Source: the human T2T-CHM13v2.0 reference genome, Homo sapiens. Taken from it: DNA of 64,000 nt. A program made the translations under genes and the position numbers. How positions within the stretch are numbered: position 1 is the first letter of the stretch; every line of letters begins with the position of its first letter. Positions 31,950 to 45,004 of this stretch are shown here, piece by piece. Below the pieces are notes generated by a model that was not told where the DNA came from, did no database searches, and was given only the letters and a program-made list of their open reading frames with translations. The stretch lies in the NCBI RefSeq assembly GCF_009914755.1, contig NC_060942.1; one strand, 5' to 3'.

Positions 31950-33860
31950 TATTTACTGAGTTACAAGTTATAGTTAGTATCACCCCCATTTTAACTTAAT
32001 TACTTTTTAAAAGCCATACCTCCAAAAAGAGTCACATTCTAAGGTACTGGGGTTAGAACTTAAACATAGGAATTGGGGAGAGAAAAGGATACAATTCAAC
32101 CTATAAAATCTATTATAATTTAAAATTTTTAATATTAAACTTTCTCTGTTCAAATTATTGTGTGGTTTCTCTCTCATGATTAGACCCAGACTGATAAATC
32201 AGATTGTGTTGATTTTTCCTGAGCACTTTCAATAAGGTACAACCAGAAATTTACATTCTTCCATGGAGATTTTTCTGGATGTGAGTAGAAAAAAGGAAGT
32301 TGGGAATTGAGAATGTGGAGGTCCAAATGAAGAAAGTAATCATTTGATGGACTGAGGTACAGGAGTCAAGTTCTTTGATTCACTTCCTTTTCTGTATGTA
32401 AGTTTGAAATGCTGAGTGGGAAAGTTTGAGATCCTGGCAACCGGAGTGGGAAGGAATGAATGGAATGGAGGGTTTGGGGAATCTTGGCTCCCTGAGCTAC
32501 ATTAGAGAACCTCACACTGGCTTCCCTCCTGGCAAATCAAATAGGATGTCACTATCAGTACAAAATACATTGGACTGGTATTCAGTACATTACACTGGCT
32601 TCCCTCCTGGCAAATCAAATAGGAAAACAAAACCTCACACTGGCTTCTCTCCTGGCAAATCAAATAAGATGTCACTACCTGCACAAAATACATTGGACTG
32701 GTATATGTATATACACACACAAACACACACACACACATATATATACATGGACACACATCATATATATTATATTTGTATTTATATTATATGTATGTTTAAA
32801 TATAAGTAGAGAGTTTATTTGGGCCAAGTTTGAGATCTGCAACCTGGGAGCGTAGATTCAGGATGCTGTGAATTCAGATCACCAGGCAATATTTTAGGGA
32901 ATAGAGAAGACCTCTCTGCCAGCCCAGGTAGTCGTCTTCACGCTGTCCTGATATAAAGTTTGTCAAACAGAGTGTACTGGGATATACATCGCCCCCAGAG
33001 TTGCTGCTAAGGAACGGAAACTCTATGTGTGTAGGCCAGCCTTGGCTCTTCAATTTAGCAGCCCTGCTGACCTGACATTTTTGGTGTTTGCTTTTAGGAA
33101 TTTCCCCTATAATGAAAATGATGGACAGGTGACTAAGTTTTTATTAGAATTATAGCACTGGAAAAACACAATTCGTATAACAGGACTGTGATTCATTGAA
33201 ACCAATGTCCCAGTTCCTTGGAGACCCTAAGGTCCTCAGGGCATTTGTGGACTCCAATACCTTTAACAAAAAGTGAATTGTGAGATATACCCATCCTCTC
33301 TCCCCAAACAGGGTAGTCTCCTCTAATGTCCTTTCAGATGCTCCCTTGACAATAGAAATGATCCCAGAAGGCAATATCAGAGAAGCTAGATTTGTTGGCA
33401 ATAGAGCTCTCACTGTTGCAAAGTCAACCAAATGATGCCCATGAGATGCTGTGGTTCTCTGCTTTACTTTATTAATTCTGTCCAGCAACAGATGGTACAT
33501 GTCCTGTGTTTCTTCCCCTTTTTCCATGTTCTAAATGGAAGTTTTCATTGTAGTTGTATTTGCTCTCCATTGTGGTACATAACAGGTGGTTGATAGGAAT
33601 TACATTTCTTATTTGGTCTAAGGTTGCAGTATCATGAGATCTCAAAATTGGACCAGATTAAGACCCAAGTAAAGGGAAAGGTAAATCATTTGGCAATACT
33701 GAACTGGAAAAATAGTGGTCTCATGACATTGTGACATTGCTGCTAGAAGGGACTTTGGATTACCTCCTTTCGAGAAAATAATAAATGCCTATATATTAAG
33801 GGGTAAGGCTGGAATTATTGAACTTCATGTATAGAAAGAAGGGCTTATATGTGGGCTGGA
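31950..33860. mobile_element. MaLR (MLT1) LTR pieces and internal-region remnant, with a short ERV1-like LTR fragment near 32805-32875
   Basis: aacttaattac...cacattctaaggtactggggttagaac; tgtggtttctctctcatgattagacccagactgata; MLT1-int-like ttcttcccctttttcc...aaatggaagttttcattg. Identified from recalled consensus only. Confidence 0.45.
32508..32704. repeat. Local tandem duplication (74-bp unit x2 with a third, partial 33-bp copy)
   Basis: acactggcttc(c/t)ctcctggcaaatcaaata occurs at ~32514, 32592 and 32637. Confidence 0.9.
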
Positions 33861-34588
33861 GGGTTCTTCTGTTTCCCTAAAATGTAGGCTTTGTTTGCTT
33901 TTTAAAATTGGTGTCAGGCTTTTGCCTCCAGTGTGATACTGGAACTAATCTTGTTATAGTTTCCTCTGTCCTGGCGAGGAAGCCGGGGCAGAACAATGCC
34001 CAGAGGATGTTAATAAATGTGGAGTAGGTCAGGTGCGGTGGCTCATGCCTGTAATCCCAGCACTTTGGGAGGCCTAGGTAGGCAGATTGCTTGAGCTCAG
34101 AAGTTTGAAACCAGCCTGGGTAACATGGCCAAACCCCATCTCTACAAAAATTAGCTGAGTGTGGTGGTGTGTGCCTATGGTTCTCACTACTCAGGAGGCA
34201 GAGGCAGGAGGATTGACTGAGCCTGGGAGTTTGAAGCTGCAGTGAGCTATGATTGTGCCACTGTACTACAGCCCGGGCAACAGAGGCGAGACCCTGTCTC
34301 GAAAAAAAAAATGTGGAGTAAAGGAAAAACAAAAAGGGAAAAAAAGGAAAGAGGGAGGGAGAAAAGGTAAGAAAAAGAAAGGGAGAAAGGGAGAGAAGAG
34401 CGAGAGAGAAATGGAGAAAGATCTTTTAGCTTCAAATTTAAATGTTTCTCTCAAAGATTAAAAAACAACTGACCAGGTGCGGTGGCTTACGCCTGTAATC
34501 CCAGCACTTTGGGAGGCCGACGCAGGTGGATCACCTGAGGTCAGGAGTTTGAGACCAGCCTAGCCGACTTGCTGAAACCCCATCTCTA

Positions 34589-34828
<240 letters not shown>

Positions 34829-35768
34829 CTATTCATCATTACTGGTCTATTCTAGGGCTCTGCCTCCTAGGACAGCATAGTTTATTCAGTGAAGTGACTT
34901 TAGCTGCATTCCGAATATCTGTTTCATTGTTGGTTTGCTCTCTTTCTACTGACTGATTTGTGTGTTTGGGCAAGGGAGAAGGTGGCTGCCCCACAGCTCC
35001 TGTGTTAACATGCCTTCCAAATTAAGGGATTTGATAGAGACTGACTAGAATATCAGAATCTCAGTTCCACAGTTTTGGGAGACACAGTGTGGCTATCACA
35101 AGCTGGGATTATATTCACCTCTATCCTAATCAACTGTAACATAGAGGCCAGATTCCACAGGATAAACAGGGTCACCGGGGCTACTCATATGAACATTGTT
35201 AAAAATGGAAGCTGTATAATAATACATAAAATATGGATGATATGAAATTAAATGTCATGAAAATTCATGTTCATAATGACATTTATGAAGAAGTTGAAAT
35301 GTAACTGTCTCAAACTGGGGTGAATTCAAAAGATAAATTCCTTCATTTTCTATAGTTAATTTAATCTCACTTTTGAACTTCCATTTCAGCTACTTTGCAG
35401 AGGTGTGAGGAGAGAATTTAAGCTTACAATGAAAAGTAACCCAGTTCCTTGTCTTTGGGAAGGAAGAACCACTTTGCGGCATTTCTTTGTCACTTGCCTC
35501 TCCTCTCCTTCTGAACTGTTGATTCAGCTAGGAAACTGGGACAGGGGCCAATCAGGAAAGCGGAGCTTGCAAGGGTGGTTCAGTAGAGGATGATTAATAT
35601 GGGAAACTAATTACAAAGACATTAAAAGAGCAGAAAGGCCAAGTTGACAGTGAAGCAAATACACAAGGCATTGAGAAAAGGAAGGGCCTGCCCAGCAGGA
35701 AGCAGGACCAAAGAAAGTGCAGCCTCACAGAAGCCAAAACCGCAGAAGAAATGAAACCACTGCCAGAA

Positions 35769-35770
<2 letters not shown>

Positions 35771-35811
<41 letters not shown>
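35771..35811. repeat. (GA)n microsatellite
   Basis: About 20 perfect AG units. Confidence 0.95.
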
Positions 35812-35815
<4 letters not shown>

Positions 35816-36740
35816 TGGGTGAGGGGGCTCACACCTGTAATCCCAGCACTTTAAGAGGCCAAGGTGGGAGGATCACCTGAGGTCTGGAGTTTGAGACCAG
35901 CCTGACCAACATGGTGAAAGCCCATTTCTACTAAAAATACAAAAAATTAGCCGGGTGTGGCGGCGGGTGCCTGTAATCTCAGCTACTTGGGAGGCTGAGG
36001 CAGGAGAATCGCTTGAACCTGGGGGTGGAAGTTGCAGTGAGCCAAGACTGCACCATTGTACTCCAGGTTGGGCAACAAGAGTGAAACGACTTATCAAAAA
36101 AAAAAAAAAAAAAAAAAAGAGAGAGAGAAGTAACTTGGTTTCATTCTTCCTTCCTTCCTGATCTCTCATTGGTGCCTCGTATTGGCTGAATATAGCCAGA
36201 AGTCAGCTGGTAAGGGAAACTGGGAAACAGTTTATAAGAGTCAGCTCCAACAAAAAGAGCAGAACAACAAGGGCAGAACAGGGAAAGAGATGCAGAAAGG
36301 CAAATGCCTAGGTCAGATACTTCCAACTACAAATAACCAAAGAACCCACTGAGAATGGCTCAAACTAGAAGGTGTTTAATTAATCTTGATTAACAGATAG
36401 GAGGGAGGGCAGTTTCAGGGTTGACTAGAGTAATTGAATAATTCAAATATTAATATATCAAGAACCTATATATTCTTTCCATCTTTCAGCTTTACCACCT
36501 TCAGCACATTGGCTTTTCTTTTCACGGCTGGCTCTTTACATGGTTTCATCCTGCTTGCAGTTCCACGTAGCACATATAGACAAAGAAACATCTAGATGGG
36601 GGAGTAGATTTGTCTTTTTTTTTTTTTTTTAAGAGACAAGCTCTTGCTGTGTTGCTTAGGTAGGACTCCTGGGCTCAAGCAATCCTCCTGCCTCAGCCTC
36701 TCGAATAGCTGGGACTACAGGTGCACACCACTGCACCTAG

Positions 36741-37038
<298 letters not shown>

Positions 37039-37217
37039 TAAGTAGCTGGGATTACAGGCTCCTGCCACCACACCCAGCTAATTTTGTATTTTTAGTAGAG
37101 GCAGGTTTCTCCGTGTTGGTCAGGCTGGTCTCGAACTCCCGACCTCAGGTGATCTGCCTGCCTCGGCCTCCCAAAGTGTTGGGATTTCAGGTATGAGCCA
37201 CCATGCCTGGCCTCTAA

Positions 37218-37352
<135 letters not shown>

Positions 37353-37474
37353 TGATCATCAAAGAAAAGTGCTTGCTGATGCCCCTCATAATAATTCCCT
37401 TCACAGCCTTTTGGTCATAACTGAGTCACATACACACTCATGCTTAAACCACTGGTAAGAGGAAACGGCCAATC

Positions 37475-38467
37475 TAGGGAAGGCTTGGAAGCTCTGCACC
37501 TCTTCCCCCATACCTTACCCTATGCGTCTCGTCATCTGTATCTTTTGCAATATCCTTTATAATATACCAGTAATCGTGTTTCTCTGAGTTCTGTGTGCTG
37601 CTTCAGCTTCAAGTTGCGGTTCCCAGAGCCCACTCTTTCGGTTTCATTAATTTGCTGGAGCAATATCCTTTATAATACACCAGTAATCATGTTTCTCTGA
37701 GTTCTGTGCACTGCTCCAGCAAATTAATGAAACCCAAAGAGTGGGCTATGGGAACCGCAACTTGAAGCTGGTTGGTCGGAAGTTCTGGAGGCCCGGACTT
37801 GTAAGTGGTGTCTGGGGGTATGGAAGCCAGTCTTGGGAACTGGGCCCCCAACCTGTGGGATCTGACACTGTCTCTGGGTAGGTAGGAACTGAATTAGAGG
37901 ACACCCATTTGCTGTCTGCTGCTTGGTGCATGGGGAAAACCCCCCACATATTTGTTCACAGAAGTCTTCTTCTGTGTTGATTGTTGTGGTGCGTGAGAGT
38001 AAAGGTAAAATATGGTTAGAGTTTTCCCTACACAATTGGTTATTGTGGAGGTTAAAGAACTCCATCATGGATGTTAACATGCTAGGTTGACTTCTGATTA
38101 ACCCCAGTTCCAGGAATGCCCCTAAGAGTTCTTCTTTATGATTCCTTGTGTAAAAAGAGCATGGTCTTAATCATAAATCCTGCCCTTAAGCAAATTATAG
38201 GCTGTAATGCACATAGTATTCTTGTCTTTCCCTCAGGGGTGAACTTTAATTTTCCTGCACATTATGTATACCCTTTCCTTATGGTCTGCAGGATAACAAT
38301 ACGAAGATCCACCTGTCTTGCTGCTGCCCAAGACCACACTTCCATCCACAAGTTCCCCAGTAAATCACCTGCTACCAGCAAACTGGATTTGTTTGCCTCT
38401 TCTTTGGATTTTTGGCTTCTTCTGCATTTGAGAGTCACTTTGCATATATAGCCCTTTCATGGAACAG
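37475..38467. mobile_element. MER21-like LTR followed by a MER39/MER34-like ERV1 LTR
   Basis: ggaagctctgcacctcttcccccataccttaccctatgc...tctctgagttctgtg...ctgtgggatctgacactgtctc (MER21); gttgacttctgattaaccccagttccaggaatgcc...atagccctttcatggaaca. Confidence 0.65.
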
Positions 38468-40173
38468 TTGTGTATGTACATAGTCAAGAGTAATATTTAG
38501 CTAATATTTGCTAAAATAAAAATATTTAGCAACTGGAACCAAATTGGCACTGGTCATTCAGGACAGACTACTCACCAGTCAGGATGGACAAGGCTGAAAA
38601 AGACTAGGAAAATGGTACTGGTACAAACCAGCTGAGTGTCAACACTGCACATGGTAGCAATTTACAAAGATACCAAAGGGTAGAGAGTGAAACATGAGCC
38701 TCTCTCCTGTTCCATCCTCCAGCTTCCCAGTTCACTTCTTCAAAGGCAATCACTTTTACCAGCAAAACAGGATTTTGAAGGTTTGTAGTAAGATAAAGCC
38801 AGGCCTTGTCAAGAAATCAGTATTCTAAATTATTTTATTTTTCTCTTTTGCATATCAAGATCCATCGAACTTGACTGGAGAGTTTTATTTACTTATTTTG
38901 ATTTTTTATTTTTTGAGACAGAGTCCCGCTCTGTCACCCAGGCTGGAGAGCAGTGGTGCCATCTCAGCTCACTGCAACTTCTGCCTCCTGGGTTCAAGCC
39001 ACTCTTCTGCCTCAGCCTCTGGAGTAGCTGGGACTATAGGCATGCATACCATGCCCGGTTAATTTTTGTATTTTAGTAGAGACAGGTTTCGCCATGTTGT
39101 CCAGGCTGGTCACGAACTCCTGACCTCAAGTGATCTGCCTGCCTCGGCCTCCCAGAGTGCTGGGATTAGGAGCATGATCCACCACGCCTGGTCTTGACTG
39201 GAGAGTTTTAGAGCACCCAATCAGCAAGAAGTGGCAAGGGGAAAAGTCCATTCCTTCTAATCCAAGAGACTGTAGGAGAAGAAACAAAGTAGGGGCTTCA
39301 TTCTGGGGGGGAAAGGTGGTTTAGATGGGTTGGAGTGTGTGCCCTGGAAGCACATGGCCTTACAGGCTGTTCAGAACCAGAGGGAGAACCACAAAGGATG
39401 TCATAGACAGTAGTTGTGTTGAGAGCCAGAGAGCCTGCTAAGGAGCCTGCCATGTTGAGGGTTAAGGAATTGGAAGGTGATCGTGGCAGGAATCAGAAGG
39501 TTTTACAGTGTTGGTGAAGCTAGGACATATCTCAGGGCCTTGGCCCAGCTGAGAGACAGGTCCGAGCAATCTTCATCAGCAAGTTTCAGCAAGAGAACAC
39601 CCAGGACACATTACATCTCAAGGAGCAGAGAAAATTAGTCTGGCTAAAGAAAATCCGGCAAAAATGCAAAAGAGAACTTGCAGATTTCAGGAGCCAGATT
39701 CCCCTATAGTGCCTTGAGTTCATGTCAGCTACCCATCATCCTCCCTTCCCTTCTCCCAAATGCCATTCTGAGGGAAGCCCACTGAGAGGGACTGACTGGT
39801 TTAACCCAAACTTAAAGGAACTGTTTAAATTATTGCAGCACAGTTTACCAAATCGGTCTACATCTAGGGTTTTCCCTTCTAATGACCAAAGGCTGAGGAC
39901 ATTTTATTTACGCAGCTGAATGTATTTTGAGTAAATCTATGACATTCTTATAAAAATATCAAGTAGCTTTTCACCAGAAATGTTGCCAAGAAAGAAGATT
40001 GTGTCATTGGTAATTGCAACTTATTTTTTTAAGCTTAACTTTCCAAGGGTATCTATATTTTTCTTATGTCCAAGTTTTTGCTGGATTTCCACATATTGCC
40101 AGCTATATGCTTACGTGTATACCGAATGACTTATTAGAATATATGGGGGAGTGATACAAATATGTTTGGATTA

Positions 40174-40557
<384 letters not shown>

Positions 40558-41299
40558 TCAACCTGGAAGGCGCAGGTTGAAGTGAGCTGAGATCATTCCA
40601 CTGCACCCCAGCCTGGGTGACAGAGTGAGATTCTGTCTCAAAAGAAAAAAGAAAAAAAGTGAGTTTTCTTCTCTGGGCTGTTAAAAATTTGAACTCAAAG
40701 AACCATTTTATAAGTGAATGTGAAAAGCACCTGAACTACTGCTATTAGCTGCCCCTCTCGTCACGTGCTCTTCCTCCTTCCAGGAAATCTGAAGCTAGTA
40801 TTAGCTTTCTTGTCTTGCTTCCACTGCGCTTGCTGCTAAGGAGGAAAAGCAACAAAAATACAAAATATAGTTTGGTAGAGGGAATTAGCTATTCATTGGA
40901 CAAATTATTATTATTCTAGGAATCAATGCTTTTGAGATGTACATTAAAACCCATTTCCTCCATAAAGTTTTCTGTTAACTCTATATATTTCTAATCATTC
41001 CATTTCCTATCCTCATTATAGCCATCGTTTAATGCAAAATTTAATACTTTGGCAAATACCATTTTTTCTCTCTCATTCTGATAGATATGTAATAATGTAA
41101 ACAGGTTGAGAGCAAAGTTCATGACATCTGCATAACACCTAACAATGCCAATGTCAACATAGACAATAAATGGCAGAATTGATTTAAATAGTCCCTTAAA
41201 TGGCTTCTGTTTATTCATTTAGACCATGGGGGAGGGTTTTAACAAAGGATGGTAATAAAACCTTTCTTTTCTCTGAAGCTAATTGTAGATGCTGTATAA

Positions 41300-41689
<390 letters not shown>

Positions 41690-42259
41690 TGAGACGGAAT
41701 CTCACTCTGTTACGCAGGTTGGACCATCTTATAGATTATCAATTGTACAGATAATTGCACTCCGGCCTGGGAGACAGAGTGAGTACCTGTCTCAAAAAAT
41801 AAAATAAAATAAAATAAAATTAAAAAAAACACTTAAATTAGTGAATAACCTTGGTGAAAAGCCACGTCCATGCTTCTACGGCATTTCTCTTCAAAGCTAA
41901 AAAAAAAAAGAAAAAATCAAAAATCAACCCAAAGGTGTAGTAGAAGACTGCATCTGCGACCGTATTTAAGCATCGGTCATGCTGTTAAAGGAGAAAGTGG
42001 ACATCCTCTCAAGGAAACTTTAATCCTGCCCCCAAAGGATTAAAATCCCGTAACAAATATTTGTTTGTAACACATCTTGACAAGATCAAAACATTCTGGT
42101 AGGGCAAATAGTAAAGACTAAATCTTGAACATTGACGAAAACTTCCTGAAAGGCCCAATGTATTTGACAGGAGAGGTAACTGGGGTCCCGGGCCTAGCGA
42201 GGCGGGGCGGGGAGGCGCAGGTGTCACCGCGGGCGCCCAGCTGCTTACGTCACAACCCG

Positions 42260-42629
42260 CGGAAGGCGCCGTGCGCCGGTTGCTATACAGGCCGCACTTC
42301 ACACCCCGTGCCTCCCCGCCTCTCCTGGCTCCTCCGCCCAGATCCCCGGCGCTCCCGCGTTCGGTGACGGCCGGGTAGGCTGTAGGCAGCGCAATGCCAA
42401 GACAGAGCTGCTGGCGGCGGCGGGCGAATCTCCCTGCACCATGAGCCTCGGCTCCGGCCCCGTTAGGGGCCGATAAGCACAGCGCACGCCGCCCTCCATT
42501 TGCCCCGGGGCCTCGGCTGCGAAGATAGCGGCGGCCGGACAGGAAGCTCGAGGAAAGCGCTGGGCCGGGTCTCTACGAACACGTGAAGGAAAAGCAGCTC
42601 CGTCCACAACGCCGCTTCGGGGCTCCTAG
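42260..42629 (+). other. RNF138: RNF138 non-coding exon 1 (start approximate)
   Basis: Donor CTAG|gtgaga at 42629/42630, with the next acceptor catgtag|GGAG at 43093/43094. The TSS is inferred from the promoter motifs. Confidence 0.7.
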
Positions 42630-43170
42630 GTGAGAGTCTCCCCGGCGGAAGCGTGGAGGGGCCGGGGTGCCGGGAAGCGGGGCGGGGAGGAAGCCGCGGA
42701 CACGGGCTGGGCACTCGGGGCTCGGGGTCGGGGTGAGTAGAGGCGGAAAAGCAGTGAAAAGGGAGGCCTTGGGCGAAGACGGGGGCTGAGGGCGGGGCGC
42801 GAGCCCGCGCCTGGAGCCCGGTGAGGGCGTGGCCTAGAGCGTGAGGCCGCGTCCTGGGGCGGGGTGAGGGGCGAGCGGGGCGGGCCCACGGCATGCTGCG
42901 AGCCCAGCCTCCCGCCAAGCACCGTCCCCCATCCAGCCCCCTGTGGGAGGAGCCGTGGGAGGGGTCGCCTCTTGCCCGGCGCGTGCGGCGGTAGCGTCTC
43001 TGCGTTCGGCCCCGCCCTACCCAGGGCCCCGCCCCCTTCCTGGCGCGCGCTGTATCCTGATGCGATCCCCCTCCCCCCTCCGGGTTCATGTAGGGAGTCG
43101 GGCCCCGGGCCGCCACCGTCACCTCGGCCGCTGCCGCTGTCGCCATCGCCTTGTTTCCCCATCCCCCGCC

Positions 43171-43280
43171 ATGGCCGAGGACCTCTCTGCGGCCACGTCC
43201 TACACCGAAGATGATTTCTACTGCCCCGTCTGTCAGGAGGTGCTCAAAACGCCCGTGCGGACCACGGCCTGTCAGCACGT
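43171..43280 (+). CDS. RNF138: RNF138 (NARF) first coding exon, N-terminal half of the C3HC4 RING; exon begins at 43094
   Basis: Strong Kozak gccATGG. Reads MAEDLSAATSYTEDDFYCPVCQEVLKTPVRTTACQH(V). Donor GT|gtgagt, phase 2. Confidence 0.97.
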
Positions 43281-43499
43281 GTGAGTAGACGCCCCCTCCC
43301 CCTCGCGGAGCCGGGTTGTCGCTTAGGCCCGGCCTCCGGCCCGGGACCCCGGGCTGCCGCCTGGCGGGAACCGAGCCCGCCGCGGCCTGCCCGAGCGTCG
43401 CTGCCCCGCGAGGTCCCGTTCCCCGCCCCTCAGAGTCCCGGGGCGGCCTTTTCCTCAGCCTCGGGGCCCGCTCCCCGCGTCCAGCCCCCTCAGCCCAAG

Positions 43500-43536
43500 C
43501 TCCCGCTCTCCCGCTCTCCCGCTCTCCCGCTCTCCC
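43500..43536. repeat. (CTCCCGCT)4.6 minisatellite in RNF138 intron 2
   Basis: ctcccgct x4 plus ctccc. Confidence 0.9.
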
Positions 43537-44889
43537 TGGCTTTCGCGCCCCCGGGGCAGTGGCCAGGCCGTTCCCTGCGGCGTCTTCAGGCCCCGGAGGC
43601 CCCTGTCGTCTCCGCCAGGCCCGGGAGGAATTGCAGGGATCTTGGAGCCTTTTTGTTTCTTAGCAACCCGGGTGAAGGCTGGGGTGTCGAGTGTCAAAAG
43701 CGGCCGGCGGTGCTCGCGCGGGCCCGCTCGCCCCGCGACCTGCCCTGCTTTCAAGTTTCCTCTTTCAGAACCTTGGTCCGTCCCCTCGGTCCAAGAGCTC
43801 TTCTGTAACTTCCCCTCAACCCTGCTTCACAGAACACCCTCGAGAGCGTTTTGTTTCGTTTCCAGTCCACTATGTGTTAGAGGGATCTAGAATGAGTTTT
43901 CTTCTCTGGTCTCTTAAAACTGACAGGATTTTCGGGCATTGAAATGAGCGTTCCCCTTTGTTTTACCTTTCTGCTTACTTATTACTTGATTAATACAAGG
44001 GTGGAGAGGAGAAAGGAAGACTTCTGTTATGAGGAATGAGCCGAAATTGAGATGCTACCCAGGGTGGGGGAGAACACAAAGGGGTTGGGTGAGATAACGC
44101 ATGCGTTTGATTGGCAGGCATATTTACAAGAACTTTGATAAAATTTTATGGACAGCTAGGGTGTGAGTAAGGGTTGGAAAGAGCCCTTGTTGAGAAGGTG
44201 TATAGCCCTTCTGACAGACCTGACTGATGATCAGAGTCCCCGGGGAACTTTTTAAGTAAACATACCAATTCCCAGGCTCCATTTCAAACTTAACAAAAGA
44301 ATGTTCGGGCAGGTGGGGCCTGGAAATCTTTATTTATTTATTTATTGTATTTTTTTTTAGTAGAGACGGGGTTTCACCGTGTTAGCAAGGATGGTCTCGA
44401 TCTCCTGACCTCGTGATCCTCCCGCCTCGGCCTCCCAAAGTGCTGGGATTAAAGGCGTGAGCCACCGCGCCCCGCCCGGAAATCTTTATTTTTAAAAAAC
44501 ACACTCAGGCTTGAAAGTTACGTGTGTTTGCAAACAACTGAAAAGAATTGACCAACCTTCTAAATGTATTTCATTCTCCTTCGACTTTTTTTTCTTTTTT
44601 TTTTGAGGTGAGGTTCTATAATTTTGTAAAGGATGGATTGAATTTTTGGTTCTTAATTGCAAATGCCCTTACTGTGGCTGTTTTCTTGATACCAACTCTT
44701 CTCATTTTTTCCCCAATCTTAACTGCACTGTCTACTTTATTTCTATTTTGTGCTGGTTGTGTGAGCCAAGAGTGTGTGGATTTTCATGATAGAAATTATG
44801 CCAGTTACGCTTTTGCTCTTTAAGGGAGATGAATGACATCTTGTTATTTTGTGCAACAAATGCAGATTCTTAGGGAAATGTTTTGAGGG

Positions 44890-45004
44890 ATCCTTTTGCG
44901 GTTCATAGTGTGATGATTGAGTGTTCACAGGCATGTGTGAGATATGCCATCCTCAAACCTTGTTACAGGGTCAGCACATTACCCATCTGACGTGAAAAAA
45001 AAAA
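44890..45004 (+). ncRNA. U13 (SNORD13-like) C/D-box snoRNA retrocopy in RNF138 intron 2
   Basis: atccttttgcggttcat...gtgatga (box C, 44910-44916)...aaccttgttac...gcacattacccatctga (box D CTGA, 44987-44990) is colinear with U13. It is followed by A10 and a degenerate TSD (aaatgttttgagg / aaacgtttggagg). Confidence 0.85.

Larger units (their letters stand above)
42180..43790. promoter_or_regulatory. RNF138: CpG island and promoter of RNF138
   Basis: Abrupt GC- and CpG-rich block. Motifs: GC box GGGGCGGGG 42204-42212, CRE-like TTACGTCA 42245-42252, ETS CGGAAG 42260-42265, E-box CACGTG 42580-42585. No clear TATA box. Confidence 0.92.

Noticed and set aside
32508-32704. Three direct repeats with spacers, superficially CRISPR-like
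   Set aside because: Primate DNA; the spacers are themselves duplicated or of irregular length, and there are no cas genes. It is a local duplication.
33099-33128. Short plus-strand exon-like segment (gcttttag|GAATTTCCC...GGACAG|gtgact)
   Set aside because: Isolated, inside probable LTR-internal sequence and without partner exons; such matches are common by chance.
33150-33527. 125-aa minus-strand ORF outside Alus
   Set aside because: It lies in what looks like MaLR internal sequence, has no recognisable domain and lacks supporting promoter or splice context.
42009-43942. Long overlapping ORFs on both strands (up to 271 aa) around RNF138 exons 1-2
   Set aside because: Stop-codon scarcity in a CpG island gives P/G/R/A-rich low-complexity peptides. 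Only 43171-43280 matches a real protein, and the spliced leader has an in-frame TGA limiting any N-terminal extension.
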